DNA of 63,053 nucleotides, filler included, from Aduncisulcus paluster (taxonomy: Eukaryota), in assembly GCA_024181965.1 (NCBI GenBank). It is 31 parts of 31 records of this genome, joined end to end, with 100 filler letters (N's around TTAATTAATTAA, not from the genome) between each part and the next. Parts side by side here need not be neighbours in the genome. Positions count along the whole stretch, not along the records: positions 33,230 to 38,966 come from BQXS01010302.1; positions 39,067 to 40,370 come from BQXS01010303.1; positions 40,471 to 41,751 come from BQXS01010304.1; positions 41,852 to 42,926 come from BQXS01010305.1; positions 43,027 to 44,221 come from BQXS01010306.1; positions 44,322 to 45,410 come from BQXS01010307.1; positions 45,511 to 46,758 come from BQXS01010308.1; positions 46,859 to 48,027 come from BQXS01010310.1; 23 more parts are not named here. One strand, written 5' to 3'. Positions 35,647-48,127 of the stretch are shown here, piece by piece (within the stretch, counting starts at the first letter, position 1; each line of letters begins with the position of its first letter). Under the pieces are notes generated by a model. That model was given only the letters and a program-made list of their open reading frames with translations. It had not been told where the DNA came from and ran no database searches. The translations under genes and the position numbers were made by a program.

Positions 35647-37449
35647 TCAAATAAAATCCTCTTCTTCTTTTCTCACTCCAACATCTTGCGCAAAATCGAC
35701 CATTTCACCAACTCTCCGATTTGCCTGTAGTTGAGAAGAGCCTTCAGGAGCAGTTGAGATGACAACTTTCATCTCTGATACTCCTTTTCCAACACCGATT
35801 CGACCACGTATTTGCTTGTCTCCAAGACCCATGCCAGGAACACCATCTTTCGCACTCTTCTCGATGGCTGCAAGCTTCATTGCAGATTCAGAAAACCCAG
35901 TCTGGCCCCTTTCCTTTGGAATAACTCCAATTTGCCACAGGAGAAGTGTGGCAATAAGGGGAACAAAAGACCCAAAGACAAATGTGATTCCTGCACTTTT
36001 CATGTAAACAGTTATGAGATCCTCTTCAAGAACAACATTAGCAGCCATCTTATCGTAAAATATACCATGAATAAGCACAGCAAGAGCAGATCCAATGGCC
36101 TGGCCGAGCGGGAGAGCTATTTTAGTTAGAGAGGAAACGACTCCAACATATCTGGCTGGAGTACACGATAAAATGAAAGCTTGGGAGCACACCTGATACA
36201 TTCCAATGGAAAAATATGCAGAAAGAGTTCCAATCAACAAAAAGACTATATTTACAAAATAGACCCCAACACTCATCACAATGACAGATACAAAGCTCAT
36301 TATGAGTGAAATCGTGCATATTAGACGTGTAACAACCTTTTTGTTGATGACTCCTCCCATGATCCCTCCAATAAGCATTGGGATGGGTGAAACCATCATG
36401 AAATTACCCAATTGATTGGCATCATAATTAAATCCCTTTCGAAGGACAAAGGTAATGAGATATCCGGGGATATAAATGCTTGAAAATGAAGCAATTGTGC
36501 ATGCAACAGGGAAAATGATAAATCTTGATGAAATGATACCGATTGGGATGATCGGAGCTGGGACCTTGAGCTCATAACGAACAAGAAATACACCACAAAC
36601 AAGGCCTACAATGATGAAAATAATAGAGAGCCATGTGGGGACATCCATTCCCAGAAGTGCAAGACCTCCAATAACACTTGCGATCGAGGCTATCATCAAT
36701 AAGGTTCCAAAGTAATCAAAATCGTTCTCTTTCACTTTGTTGTGATCTCTAAAGAATGTTCGGCACAAAACATAGCTCACACATGCAAAACATGGGCCAA
36801 CGATATACACTGTAGCCCAACTAAAAGAGGAGATGAGACTACTACCAATTTGGGGTGCAATTGAGGCCGAGGCTGATGCAACAATTGTAAAAAGTGTAAG
36901 AATGGTCGTTAAAGCCCCCTTTTTAACTTTCTGCCCAGCAACAGCATATGGGGAACTTGAAGACATGGATATTCCTACAGCTTGAATCATTCGTCCAAAA
37001 ATTAGCATAATGAAATTTTGGTTCATGAAACACAAAGCGGCACCCAAAATATATACCTTTAATCCAAATTTAAGAATGGTAACGGGTCCAAACTTATCTT
37101 GTAACTTTCCAGCTAAAAGAAGAAGAGAAGCATTTAGGATAGAGTACGATTGAATTACCCATTGTGCAGTACTTTGTGAAAGATTGTAATAATCAGAAAT
37201 ATATGAAATGGAAAGGTTTCCAAGAGCAATTTCACTTTGAAGAGCAGCAAGAACGAATCCCATACAAATAGCGATGGGTAAAGGTGATAAATTACGATCA
37301 GCGATGAAAGATTTCCCTCCTATAATCTTAACTTTCAATTCTTTTGGGGGTCTAGTACCATATTGTTTTGTTGATGAGCCATTCTGGGAAACACCACGTT
37401 TGGATGTCATTTCTCTAGATTTTGAAGTATCTACAATAGGAATTGGCAT
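35647..37449 (-). CDS. MFS transporter, DHA2/EmrB-like (about 14 TM)
   Basis: QWVIQSY, GKLQDKFG (motif A), GRMIQAVG, FDYFG. Confidence 0.88.
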   Translation of the reverse strand: MPIPIVDTSKSREMTSKRGVSQNGSSTKQYGTRPPKELKVKIIGGKSFIADRNLSPLPIAICMGFVLAALQSEIALGNLSISYISDYYNLSQSTAQWVIQSYSILNASLLLLAGKLQDKFGPVTILKFGLKVYILGAALCFMNQNFIMLIFGRMIQAVGISMSSSSPYAVAGQKVKKGALTTILTLFTIVASASASIAPQIGSSLISSFSWATVYIVGPCFACVSYVLCRTFFRDHNKVKENDFDYFGTLLMIASIASVIGGLALLGMDVPTWLSIIFIIVGLVCGVFLVRYELKVPAPIIPIGIISSRFIIFPVACTIASFSSIYIPGYLITFVLRKGFNYDANQLGNFMMVSPIPMLIGGIMGGVINKKVVTRLICTISLIMSFVSVIVMSVGVYFVNIVFLLIGTLSAYFSIGMYQVCSQAFILSCTPARYVGVVSSLTKIALPLGQAIGSALAVLIHGIFYDKMAANVVLEEDLITVYMKSAGITFVFGSFVPLIATLLLWQIGVIPKERGQTGFSESAMKLAAIEKSAKDGVPGMGLGDKQIRGRIGVGKGVSEMKVVISTAPEGSSQLQANRRVGEMVDFAQDVGVRKEEEDFI

Positions 37450-37778
37450 TATCTTATTTTGTACTCTTCCAAAACTGCGTTTTTTATTTTTCGTCTCTAT
37501 CTTCTAAATTGTTAAAATATGAGATATTTTAGATCATTATCTGCAATTTAAGCAATAGATAAAGTCAATTTCTTACATAATTTATGTAAATTTCCTTTAT
37601 TTTCCCACAGAAAATTTATATTTCTTGCCATCGTTGTAATAATCCTATATAAAATAAGAAATAATAAATGACGTTACCTTTCAATTAAATTCTATTGATG
37701 AAGTCTTGTTTCACGTTTTTTCTTGGGGATGGAAAATAGTCACCCACATTTTGCTTGGAATCTCATATAATACATCAG

Positions 37779-38966
37779 ATGGAGTTTAATTATAGGTTGA
37801 AAACAGCCCAACGTAAGTTGAAACCTATATATCTTGAACTACAGGCAAGTACAAAAGTGGAATTACCTTCTTCAGAAGTTTCTTTGCCCCATGAGGGAGA
37901 AAAGGTAAAAGTTCAAGTTTCAGCACCGGATTTTTTGTCCAAATACCTCGAGAAATCGTCTAGTATTTCTGAGCCTTCTTCTCTCAATGATATTTTATTG
38001 GCAGATACTTTGGCTCAGTTAACCTCTTCCACTGGACTTGGACAACCTTTGGACATTTCCCTTCCTCCTGATATTGAAACTATTGAAAGAACAGAAAGAA
38101 TGAAACCGAAAATTAAGAAGCCTGTTGAAAAATCTTCCTTTGGAAATCCTGAGATGTTTGATGAACGCCTATTCAATGCCGTTGCACATGTTGTCGACGA
38201 AAAAATTGCAGCAGAAACAAAACCCGAGAAACCTACTAAAAAACCTTCGTTATTACAGAGTCAGCGTGTCTCCATGCAAGTTATTGAAAGACCTCTTTCC
38301 TGGACACGGAAACTCATCGAAGAGGCATTTGACCTACGTTTAGAATGTTTATCCAAAGAGATTACCCATGTAAAGCCCACAATTGAGCCCTTTGATCAAT
38401 TTGTATTCCGTTTTCTCACTAAAAAGTTTGGACTTCCGTCTCTTGTTGAGAAAACTGCATCAGAACTCGTAAAAGCCATTTCCATTTATCAAGATGTGTG
38501 TCCTCTTGTGGAACTCTTCAAGTCTTTCCTCAAGGGTGATACTTACGGTCACGAAGACCTTGTTTTTCTTCTTTATCTTCGAAAGGAGCTTGCCAAGTGC
38601 ACTCTCTCCATGCGAGTTGCTCTCTCCGATGATGATGCTCACCTGAAGAAACCCTCATCTTTCCGCCGTTACAAGACTATTAAATATATTGAATTACCAC
38701 GCCATTTCCCAATCTTAAGTCGTGTATTCCATCAATACAGTGTAAAAGATGTGCTTCATAATCTGTTAGAAGCTCCCATCTGGACTAAAGCCAAGCGTAT
38801 GGGGTTGTCTGGGACCAAGGTCCGTTCAAGTGGCTCAATGTCCTCTCCAGGCACCATGGCTTCCTTCTTCTTCGCCCCTTTCTCCCGCACATCCTCTTCA
38901 GCCCAGTGCAGTATATCCACAACTGCTTCGACTTCTGGCTCTGTGCCCGGTGTCCTCCCTCCATCT
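37779..38966 (+). CDS. Hypothetical helical protein, 3' truncated
   Basis: Long ORF; FV..FL.KKFGL..L.E....L...I..Y......VELF..FL motif of the kind seen in flagellate proteins. Confidence 0.65.
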
Positions 38967-39066
38967 NNNNNNNNNNNNNNNNNNNNNNNNNNNNNNNNNN
39001 NNNNNNNNNNTTAATTAATTAANNNNNNNNNNNNNNNNNNNNNNNNNNNNNNNNNNNNNNNNNNNN

Positions 39067-40370
39067 AACCCAGCAACTCCATGATTCTTGAACTTCTCAG
39101 CAAGATCTTCAGTGGACTCGGAGGAACCCACACAGATCTTATTGCCAACAACAGAAATGGTCAGCAGGTTCGGCAAGGAATACAATGGGGAAAGGTCTGA
39201 AATGGAACAGTTGGTACAAATAAACGTTTCGAGATAGGTGAGTTCACTTGAAATGATTGGATAGACAGATGAGATACCACCATTGTTCGAGAGGTCTATG
39301 AAGGTCAGATAAGCTGAGGAGGCGGAGAAGTCAGGAATGGAAGACAAACCAATATTGTCAAACTTGACACTATGCAACGAAGACATGGAATCAAGAGTGA
39401 GCTGAAGGTCAGAAATTGAAGTCGTGTCAGCAATGTACAGTGTCTCCAGTGATGTACTAAGAGAATAAATCGAAGTGATGGATGTTGTGTTCCCAATACT
39501 AATCATCTTCAAACCACTAAGGTGACTCGATCCTACCTGAGTGTCAAACCCTGCTTGGACAGTAGGGGTGTCGTACATATGCAATTCGACCAAAGAGTCA
39601 GGGATTAGCTGAGTAGAGTCGGATGTATCGGATAATGCAATAGATGTCTCGTTAATCCCAAGGGCAACAAGAGAAACACTGGAAAGATCTGGAAGAGTTG
39701 ACAACAACAGATTTGATGACAAATTCAATTCCACAAGATTGTTCAAGGTTGATAGATATGATAAATGCGACTCATCTGTCAAAATATTATTAGCCAAGTT
39801 GAATGTCAAAATAGCACCAAGATGTTCAATTCCAGATAAATCAGAGATGCTAGAATATGGACACCAGAGTTTTGGAAGATATTCCTCAGATATTATCTGG
39901 TATGAAGGTATAATGGTTTTCAATGAAGCCACACTAAAGTATGATGGAGTCGTATCTGTTGCAGGTATTACATGTGTATCATCACTTTCAAATAAACTAT
40001 CAACAACACAGGCATGTAAGTTCTCATCAACTATCACTTGCTGACACGACGTTGAATTAAAAGCTGAATCATATCTGCACTCTTGCCCATACTCACACCC
40101 TCCAGAACATCCAAATGTACCATCGTTATTAACTGGAGAAATGCATGCAAATGTTGATGCGTCAGTGTATGACGTGTATGAATTGCTAGCACACACAACA
40201 TACCATGTATTGGATACCCCAGGTTTGGTTTCACTACAGACCTTGTTGTGAGTGATAGGTGTTGTTCCGAGATCTTCAGAATTGCATTTACATGAATTAC
40301 CACCAATTTGTATTGAGGGGGCTAAAATAAACTTATCCTGAAGGTCTGATAATGTTTCATCCTCTCCCAA
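39067..40370 (-). CDS. Cys-rich plus internalin-like LRR surface protein, internal fragment
   Basis: ISDLSGIEHL, LVELNLSSN, ISDLSPL; Cys-rich spacers. Confidence 0.85.
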
Positions 40371-40575
40371 NNNNNNNNNNNNNNNNNNNNNNNNNNNNNN
40401 NNNNNNNNNNNNNNTTAATTAATTAANNNNNNNNNNNNNNNNNNNNNNNNNNNNNNNNNNNNNNNNNNNNGTTTAAAATGATGTTTTATGATAATTCATA
40501 TGATTCTCGTATCTTCGAAGCGATCAAAGAGAAGATTCCTACGATGGAAAGCCAGACTATGTTGAACTAGTTCTC

Positions 40576-41499
40576 ATGACCACGATTGATCGCTATGGGT
40601 TTTGTGTATCAGACCTCAGAATGTTTGACGCAGAAATAGAGAAGCAATATGAAGCATGGGGAGTAACAAAAAACTCAATAAGAGAAGTGCCTTCTTCTTC
40701 AAAGCGTTTGTCCTCTTCTTCACCTCATGGATTTCCTGCATTATGGATGACCCCTGTTGGGAATCAGCCAATTATTGTTCAAGTGATTGGAGGCGAGTTT
40801 ACTTGCACATGTGGGATTTCAGTGATGTCCGGCTACCCGTGCTGCCATATGATTCATGCTGCTAAAGTACGTGGTATGAAGATTGGAATCTCAAATTTTC
40901 ATCCCACCCTTCGAAAATCTTCTGCCAGACATACCCTTGAATCCATTGGGATCATTTCTGATCATACATATGGTATATCCCACAATCCGTTTCATTTTCA
41001 TGATGATAGATCGTCATCTCTGACATTATCCCTGACACCAGATCTTCCTTCTTCACAACAACCGAACTCTCCCTCAAGTCCAAGTTCTGGTATTGTTCAG
41101 CTTCAAAGATCAGGTGTGGACACATTAGCTTCTTTCACGAAGGAGGTGGCAATGAGAAAGATAGCTGATCTTTATGAAAGTCATAAAATTAAAGAGCTTT
41201 CTGAAATCATTAGGTTGCTGATAGGGAAGACTAAATATCTATTCAGTCCAACTGAATTAATCAGTATATATCAGTTTCTGGATGCAACTGCAAGTTATAA
41301 GTCTCAGGTTCATTCATTTGAAACAGATCCTATCAATCCTCCAAGTTTGATGAGTCATCATCAACCTAGTTCTGATTCAGGTTTAGCTGAACATGGCATT
41401 TCCATCATGGAAGGCTCACAGTCTCCTCGTTTATCCTATTGTCATAGCCCTCCAAAGCTCTTAGCGTTCTCTGGAAAGAAAAGGGGGAGAAAAAAGTAA
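40576..41499 (+). mobile_element. MULE transposase C-terminal region with a SWIM zinc finger
   Basis: FTCTCG....GYPCCHMI (CxCx~CxH) and terminal KKRGRKK. Confidence 0.7.
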
Positions 41500-42518
41500 A
41501 TGAATCTAATAAACAATGATTATGAAACTTTTTTCTCTTTCATAACCTTCGACATAGATGAAATTTTATGAAAAAAGTTCAAATTACATCACCTTATTTC
41601 AGAAAATGACTAAATTTAATGAGTGCACGAAGTAAATGTATCTTCAAATAAGCTTTTCCAATATTGGTGATTTCAAAACAGCCATATTGCAATTTGTTTA
41701 CTTTGGAGCTATTGCTCATAACAACACAAAGGGAGTCTTTTCTTGTATATCNNNNNNNNNNNNNNNNNNNNNNNNNNNNNNNNNNNNNNNNNNNNTTAAT
41801 TAATTAANNNNNNNNNNNNNNNNNNNNNNNNNNNNNNNNNNNNNNNNNNNNCATTCGATTTGTTGTCGATAAAGAGAAAGAGGCTGAGCACTTGACAATC
41901 GAACATCTTCTCACCGAACCCTGGAAATAGTCCACTTTTATTGTTTTTTTAGCTTTTTTATTTCATTTTTTATTTATTTTATTATTATTAGTATCCCAAT
42001 ATCCTGATTATTTTTGTTAGTTGTTATTTTTATCGTTTCCTGATCAAATTTGTCTTTATTATTGTTATTTTTTTTATTATTTCTATATTTTTATTTTCAT
42101 TATAATCATTGTTTCCACTCAAAAAATGTTCGATAACGATTTAAACAATCTTCATATCCATGTGTTTCTTTTCTTTTATTATCCGTTCTATACTGACCAT
42201 CTTTGACCATTGTTGACCATTGTTGGCCATTGTTGGCCATCTTTGACCCCTTAAATCGTTATTATTGTCCAATTCCAAGACCATTTCATTGAAAAGGCCA
42301 CCATTTGAGAGACCAACCTATTCCATAAAAAAAAAATACAAGAAAAAATGTATAAATAAACGCCATTCCATTGTAAGTTTATTGTTATCTGGTGAACTGC
42401 CTTGAATACTGATTGTATTGTGATCAAATCGACAGAGTTAGTTCTCAGCAGATCCAACACGCCTCGTGCTGAACTTGTATAACAAATGGCCCCGATTGCA
42501 AAGACAAGGAACATAGAT

Positions 42519-42683
42519 CTCAGTATTAAATGTATCGGATGATCAGGATCTGGCATTGGAGTTGGAGTTGGAGTTGGAGTTGGAGTTGGAGTTGACTGCG
42601 GGGAAATGTCATATTCCATGAAGCATCAGGGGATTAGATTCGTAGCAGTATACAGACATATGTATACCATCATATTCCGAGTT
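42519..42683 (-). repeat. Second copy of the (CCAACT)n-containing dispersed repeat
   Basis: Reverse complement matches 6634-6807. Confidence 0.9.
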
Positions 42684-43192
42684 CTTGATATTTTTGATTG
42701 TAAACAAAAGCAAGTGAAAATGAAACAGAAAGGCAAGGATAAGGATAGAAATGAAATGGAAATATATCCATGTTATTGAATAGCATTGAAATCGTTCATA
42801 AATGTTCTTAACACGTGAAATGGAACTATATCCAGTCCTGAGGGTTCTCCAAAAGCCTGAGATATCGAGAATAAACACCATGGCATGGAAATGAAAATAA
42901 AACATGTTTTTATCATTTACCAGCATNNNNNNNNNNNNNNNNNNNNNNNNNNNNNNNNNNNNNNNNNNNNTTAATTAATTAANNNNNNNNNNNNNNNNNN
43001 NNNNNNNNNNNNNNNNNNNNNNNNNNCCGTATAAAAGATTTTTAGGTTTATTTGTTTAGTACTACCACACAAGCTGCTCCCGTCCTAAATTTGCTTGGAC
43101 TTTTTAATATTATTTCTTAATGTTAGTTCGTGAATTAAAACAAACAGGAATAAGAAAGTTTTTCGAAAGAATCATTATTGACTGATCATCAG

Positions 43193-43253
43193 TGTGGCGA
43201 TCTCTATGGAGAAGATGCAGACAAATTTACTCAATAAAATCTAGGCTACCACA
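43193..43253 (-). repeat. Candidate 61-bp 3' LTR after polypurine tract AAAGAGGAGGA
   Basis: TGTGG...CCACA ends; AGTAAATT and ATCTTC blocks shared with 28653-28742. Confidence 0.6.
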
Positions 43254-43437
43254 TCCTCCTCTTTCTGAAGGCGATGGGCAGAGACTTTTTCAAGCGTGAA
43301 AAATAATTACTTGTGGGATCTGGTTAGCGCAATAAGATGGCTCTAGTGGAAAACCCATAGGAAAGAATAGAATAGAAAACCTACAAACCACTAGTGCACT
43401 GGCTCAATGATATGTATAAAATAACTGTATAGTTAGC

Positions 43438-44220
43438 TCAACGCCAGGATAACCTGGTGCTTGGTCGAGATTCCGTAGCTTGGGTCGATGCTGGCTCAGA
43501 GTGATTGTGATTGGCTTGATTAGCACTCACTCTAGAAGCTGTGGAGCGTACCGGTATAATTGGTTCATCTGTTAGAGCCAATGTGGAGCTGGCAGAGGTT
43601 AGCTGACTGCCGGTTTGGCCGGACAGACGGCTGGAGCTTTGACTGGTTCGAGCTGGGATTGGCACTGATTGTAAAGATGGCACTGATTGTGAGGATTGGT
43701 CCTGAGCTCGAAGTCGTTGGCTTCTTCGTCTGTTGGTTGGAGCTTCGTTTTGAAGAGGGGTGTCTCTTGCTGTTGGCACATAGACATCTTCTTCTTCGTC
43801 CCTCCTCTTTCTTGAGGCTCTGGACCTTCCCGTTCTTGAACCCCGCGTAGCTATGGTGCGAGTAGCTCTCGTTGAGCTTGGCTCTTCAAACCGTTCAAGC
43901 GTACTGTTTGGCTCACGCCGTAACGCACTGACGAACTTAGTGGTCTTCATTAGTTCCTTGTAGAGCTCCCTTAGTATTGGTCTATTCCTGACATACTCAC
44001 GAAATTGAGGTGTACGGACAATGTACGTATGAGGTTCTCTAGTTATCTCTTTGAACCCCAACCATTTGACATCAAATTGGTACTTGTCAACTGGTTCAAT
44101 GGCGTCAACTTCGTAATGGTCGAGAATTTCTTCAACAGGGTAGTTCTGCTGGTCCAGTAAATTTAGTCCAATTAGTTCTTCCAGTGTCAGTCGGGAGTCA
44201 TCAAACGGTATTGCTTTGGC
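43438..44220 (-). mobile_element. Chromovirus pol C-terminus (chromodomain plus disordered tail)
   Basis: The frame extends to the contig edge: YPVEEILDH...YQFDVKWLGF...TREP. Confidence 0.75.
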
Positions 44221-44460
44221 TNNNNNNNNNNNNNNNNNNNNNNNNNNNNNNNNNNNNNNNNNNNNTTAATTAATTAANNNNNNNNNNNNNNNNNNNNNNN
44301 NNNNNNNNNNNNNNNNNNNNNTAAACATGAAGGTGACAATATACACATGGTATCCATCATATCTCAAGACATGACAGGAGGTGATGGTTCATACAATATG
44401 ATTGTTATCAGGAAAGAAGTTGTATTCAATCCTTGTGGAAACGATGATATGAAGGATCAG

Positions 44461-45036
44461 CTATAACCAGGGAAGCATCGATAATCGTTCAATGGTGGCA
44501 AGTTCAGCTCTGACAAGCTCTTTGGCGGCTTTCATTTTCTCTTGTTCTTTGTCAATCACGAATCGAATGGCTTGCATAAAAATGTTTCTTTGTTTTCCAT
44601 TCCATGACGATATAACATGAATATCACAAGAAATAACATTATCAATATCTATAGGGAACTCTTGCCAGAAATAATGATTTGGAGGAATCTCTCCCATTTG
44701 ATATTCTTTTGTAATCTTCTTGCCATCTGATGTTGTGAATGTGGCATCGAAATCTTTGATTCCATATGGGCGACTATGATGACTTACAACAAACTTACTG
44801 AGATAATGAGATGTAATAAATGGGAGATGTAAATTGGGATAGAAACAGATGAGTATTTCACCTCTTAAGAATTTCAATAAAGTAGAATGATTATCACCAT
44901 CATGATAATCCCCATATGCTTTGGATCCATCAATTTCAGATAGATCTGGATGACCAACAGGGTAGGGGCCTTGGTACAGTTTGTCACAGTCCCAATAAGA
45001 TTCAAGATCTCCAATACATTTGCCAATAATTCTCAT
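44461..45036 (-). CDS. Divergent member of the expanded module family
   Basis: TFTTSDGKKITKEY, WQEFPIDIDNVISCDI and a C-terminal ERLSMLPW shared with 7330-7596; ATG 45036 is the likely start. Confidence 0.7.
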   Translation of the reverse strand: MRIIGKCIGDLESYWDCDKLYQGPYPVGHPDLSEIDGSKAYGDYHDGDNHSTLLKFLRGEILICFYPNLHLPFITSHYLSKFVVSHHSRPYGIKDFDATFTTSDGKKITKEYQMGEIPPNHYFWQEFPIDIDNVISCDIHVISSWNGKQRNIFMQAIRFVIDKEQEKMKAAKELVRAELATIERLSMLPWL

Positions 45037-45510
45037 CACAAACAATAATAACACGCAAATATCGAAATTTAATTGAAATAAAAAAAGACAATAAACACCA
45101 GTAACTACCCCAATTGCAAGGAAAAACACGTTTTTATAATTGTCTTGGAATATAACAATAATATCCAAAATCGATGTTTCTTATCATTACTAATATATAG
45201 ACGTAATAATAAATCATTTATTTTGTTAACACATTCAATGTGAACAAAGTCACTTGAAACGTACTAATACTTCGTTTATAGTATCATACAACCTCCGTCA
45301 GCCTCATCAGCACGGGAAGTGCTTCTCTGGAAATCAGCTTCACTCGGGCATGAAGGGATTCCCGGGAAAGAATCAACAGCACTAAGATCACACACGAAAA
45401 TAATCCCGTTNNNNNNNNNNNNNNNNNNNNNNNNNNNNNNNNNNNNNNNNNNNNTTAATTAATTAANNNNNNNNNNNNNNNNNNNNNNNNNNNNNNNNNN
45501 NNNNNNNNNN

Positions 45511-45748
45511 TACTGAACTTTAGTGCCTTGGCTAGTGATGCAATGTTATCATCTTCGTATTTTCGTATCCCATAGAGTACTGCCTGATAAAAGCAGTCGG
45601 CATCGTCATCAGATTGGATATTCCTGGTTGAAGGAAAATACGCCGCCAATACCTTAAAGGTGGCCCGTCCGAATTCGTAACAATACTCCATGCAAGGAAG
45701 AATATATATCATCATATTTGTGAATATTGACAATGAGTTAGGCTTCAT
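45511..45748 (-). CDS. OTU-like protease N-terminal fragment
   Basis: DDADCFYQAV, the same motif as in 29300-30016. Confidence 0.5.
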
Positions 45749-45949
45749 ATTAGACGATTCAGTAGCTAATCACTATTTTCATATATGATAGAGTAAATAT
45801 TTCTGGGGAATTCCAAGTTAGGGGGTAGCATTATCTAATGTACACATATCGATTGTTTACCACCACATTATCATAATTAGATAAATTAAATAGCTGAATT
45901 GAGCACTTGCTTTATTATATATATGTGGTAATGATCTGATAAGCTCGGC

Positions 45950-46758
45950 TTGACCCCCTTCAAGGGAGTGCAAGTTGCACTCTTTATGCTTTGCTTTTTG
46001 TTACAAAAGATGGAAGTCACCTGGAGAGAAATGGTAGACGGCGGTATACGTGAAACTGAGCTCTGCCATTTATTGTATAAATCTAGCAAAAATAATTTGG
46101 AGTCATATGGCTATGTTATGAGGTGCACCAACTGCGAACTCAGTCTGGGTTATAGACAGAGCTTCTCTCATAGACACCTGTGGAAGATAACCCAATACAA
46201 ATGCCCAATGTGCCCGAGCGAGGTAATATACCCTCTGAAGCTTATAAAACGTGGGGTGGGAGTTGTATCTTATGTTTATATGTATCCACTGAGAATCTTA
46301 TGATCATATCATCGTCAAAATGTGATCGAGACCGCCTGTTATCGATATATGAAGGGGAGAACCTCCTATCCGGTGACGAAGACTTTGATGACTTTGATGA
46401 CTTCGGTGGATTTGACGGGTTTGAAGAGGAGATTCATGATGAGTGTGAATCCCATCCAAGCAAAGGCTGTGAGCATAGTTCACGTGCTGTTGACGTTCCA
46501 ATTGATTCTAGTGCGTATAGGCCCATCGGTGAGGTTGTAAAGTCTGCCTCCCTACGTTCACCCTTAGTTATACTTGATAATATTCTTTCTGGGCTAACCT
46601 GTCTTAGTCGCACTATGTTGTCGGGGGTTTTATTGAAAAAAATGACCCATGCGACCTACCAAGAGTTTAGACTTGCTGCACAGGAGGACATAAGGCGTGG
46701 CTGTCCTATCAGAAATGAGTTTTTATCTCTTAAGAGAATCCGTGAACTTCGATCTATG
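45950..46758 (+). CDS. Hypothetical (possibly spliced) protein with a Cys zinc-finger motif, probably TE-related
   Basis: MRCTNC...LWKI...CPMC resembles the finger in 29300-30016; two overlapping frames. Confidence 0.35.
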
Positions 46759-47180
46759 NNNNNNNNNNNNNNNNNNNNNNNNNNNNNNNNNNNNNNNNNN
46801 NNTTAATTAATTAANNNNNNNNNNNNNNNNNNNNNNNNNNNNNNNNNNNNNNNNNNNNGCATAATAGGAGGGTTGGCCAATTGATACTATCAATTTATTA
46901 GTAATAAAATTTGCATTTGCCATTTAAAATTGATAAAACGTACTTAATTGATATTTCATATACCACTTTCAAATTTGGTCGGCGAATTGCCAATTCGCTT
47001 CGATTTATGATTTTGGTATTGGTAATTCCAGTTTTGATCGTAAACAATATGAATTCAATCAAAAAATGATAATAATGTAATGTTTATAAAAATTTTTTTT
47101 AATGAATATTATTATAAATAATAAGGATTGAGTGTCAGAAGTTCTGACTCAGAACTTAAAATTTACTAGAATTTCTGTAT

Positions 47181-48027
47181 TCAATGCTGTCCAGTCGTTG
47201 ACAGAGACAATTGATGAAATGATTCTTCAACAATTTCTTGAGCTCTTACAATTTGACTTCTAATCTGATGGCCTTCCAGATCATACCAATATTTCTTCAT
47301 AAGAACTCGATAAACAAGAAATTCTTCCTCTCCTAACGATGATCGAGTAATTAAAATATTTAAGGTGCAGCAAAGGGTAAATATGTCCGCATAGCTATCT
47401 CCACGAAGATGATAATGCGATCTTAAAATTTTCCACGTACCCTTTAATCTTCCGAAGAATTGTTCAACAACGAGCCGATCCTGTGCTCTATGATGCTGAT
47501 CAATTAGTTCTTCCACTGAAGAACCATCATGATCGCTTATTAGCGGGGTTATAGGATTTGGTCTATGTCAATCCATGATGTGTTGAATCACACAGAATAC
47601 GATATTCTCCAATATGTGATACTATTTCGCGGGTCATGTCAAATAGTGCTTTATCATGTAAACTTGCTGGATATCTGGAATTGACAAAAATTGCGTGTCC
47701 CGTGACACTCGTGATTACCTGGGAGTTTATCCCGTAAGCGTGATGCTTGTGGGAATAGAAGGCCTTACGGTCCTGAAATGCCAGTGTGGCACCACACTGA
47801 ATTGTTGTATGGTACCATCCACCACAAGTCTTACATAGTTCAGCATGGCAAATGATGTCACTTCAGTTTCGGATGACAGGGATAACAGTTGAATTTCGTA
47901 AACGCAATCCAACTTTGATCCAACTGTAAATAACTTCCTTAATGAATTTTTCCTGGTCCGGTAACGGACACGTGACCTGCTGAGCATGGAAATAATTGAA
48001 GGCTCCATGCTGAGCTGAGTTTGATAT
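47181..48027 (-). pseudogene. Decayed PIF/Harbinger (DDE_Tnp_4) transposase
   Basis: RLVVDGT, HDKALF and VVEQFFGRLKGTWKIL in broken frames. Confidence 0.8.
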
Positions 48028-48127
48028 NNNNNNNNNNNNNNNNNNNNNNNNNNNNNNNNNNNNNNNNNNNNTTAATTAATTAANNNNNNNNNNNNNNNNN
48101 NNNNNNNNNNNNNNNNNNNNNNNNNNN

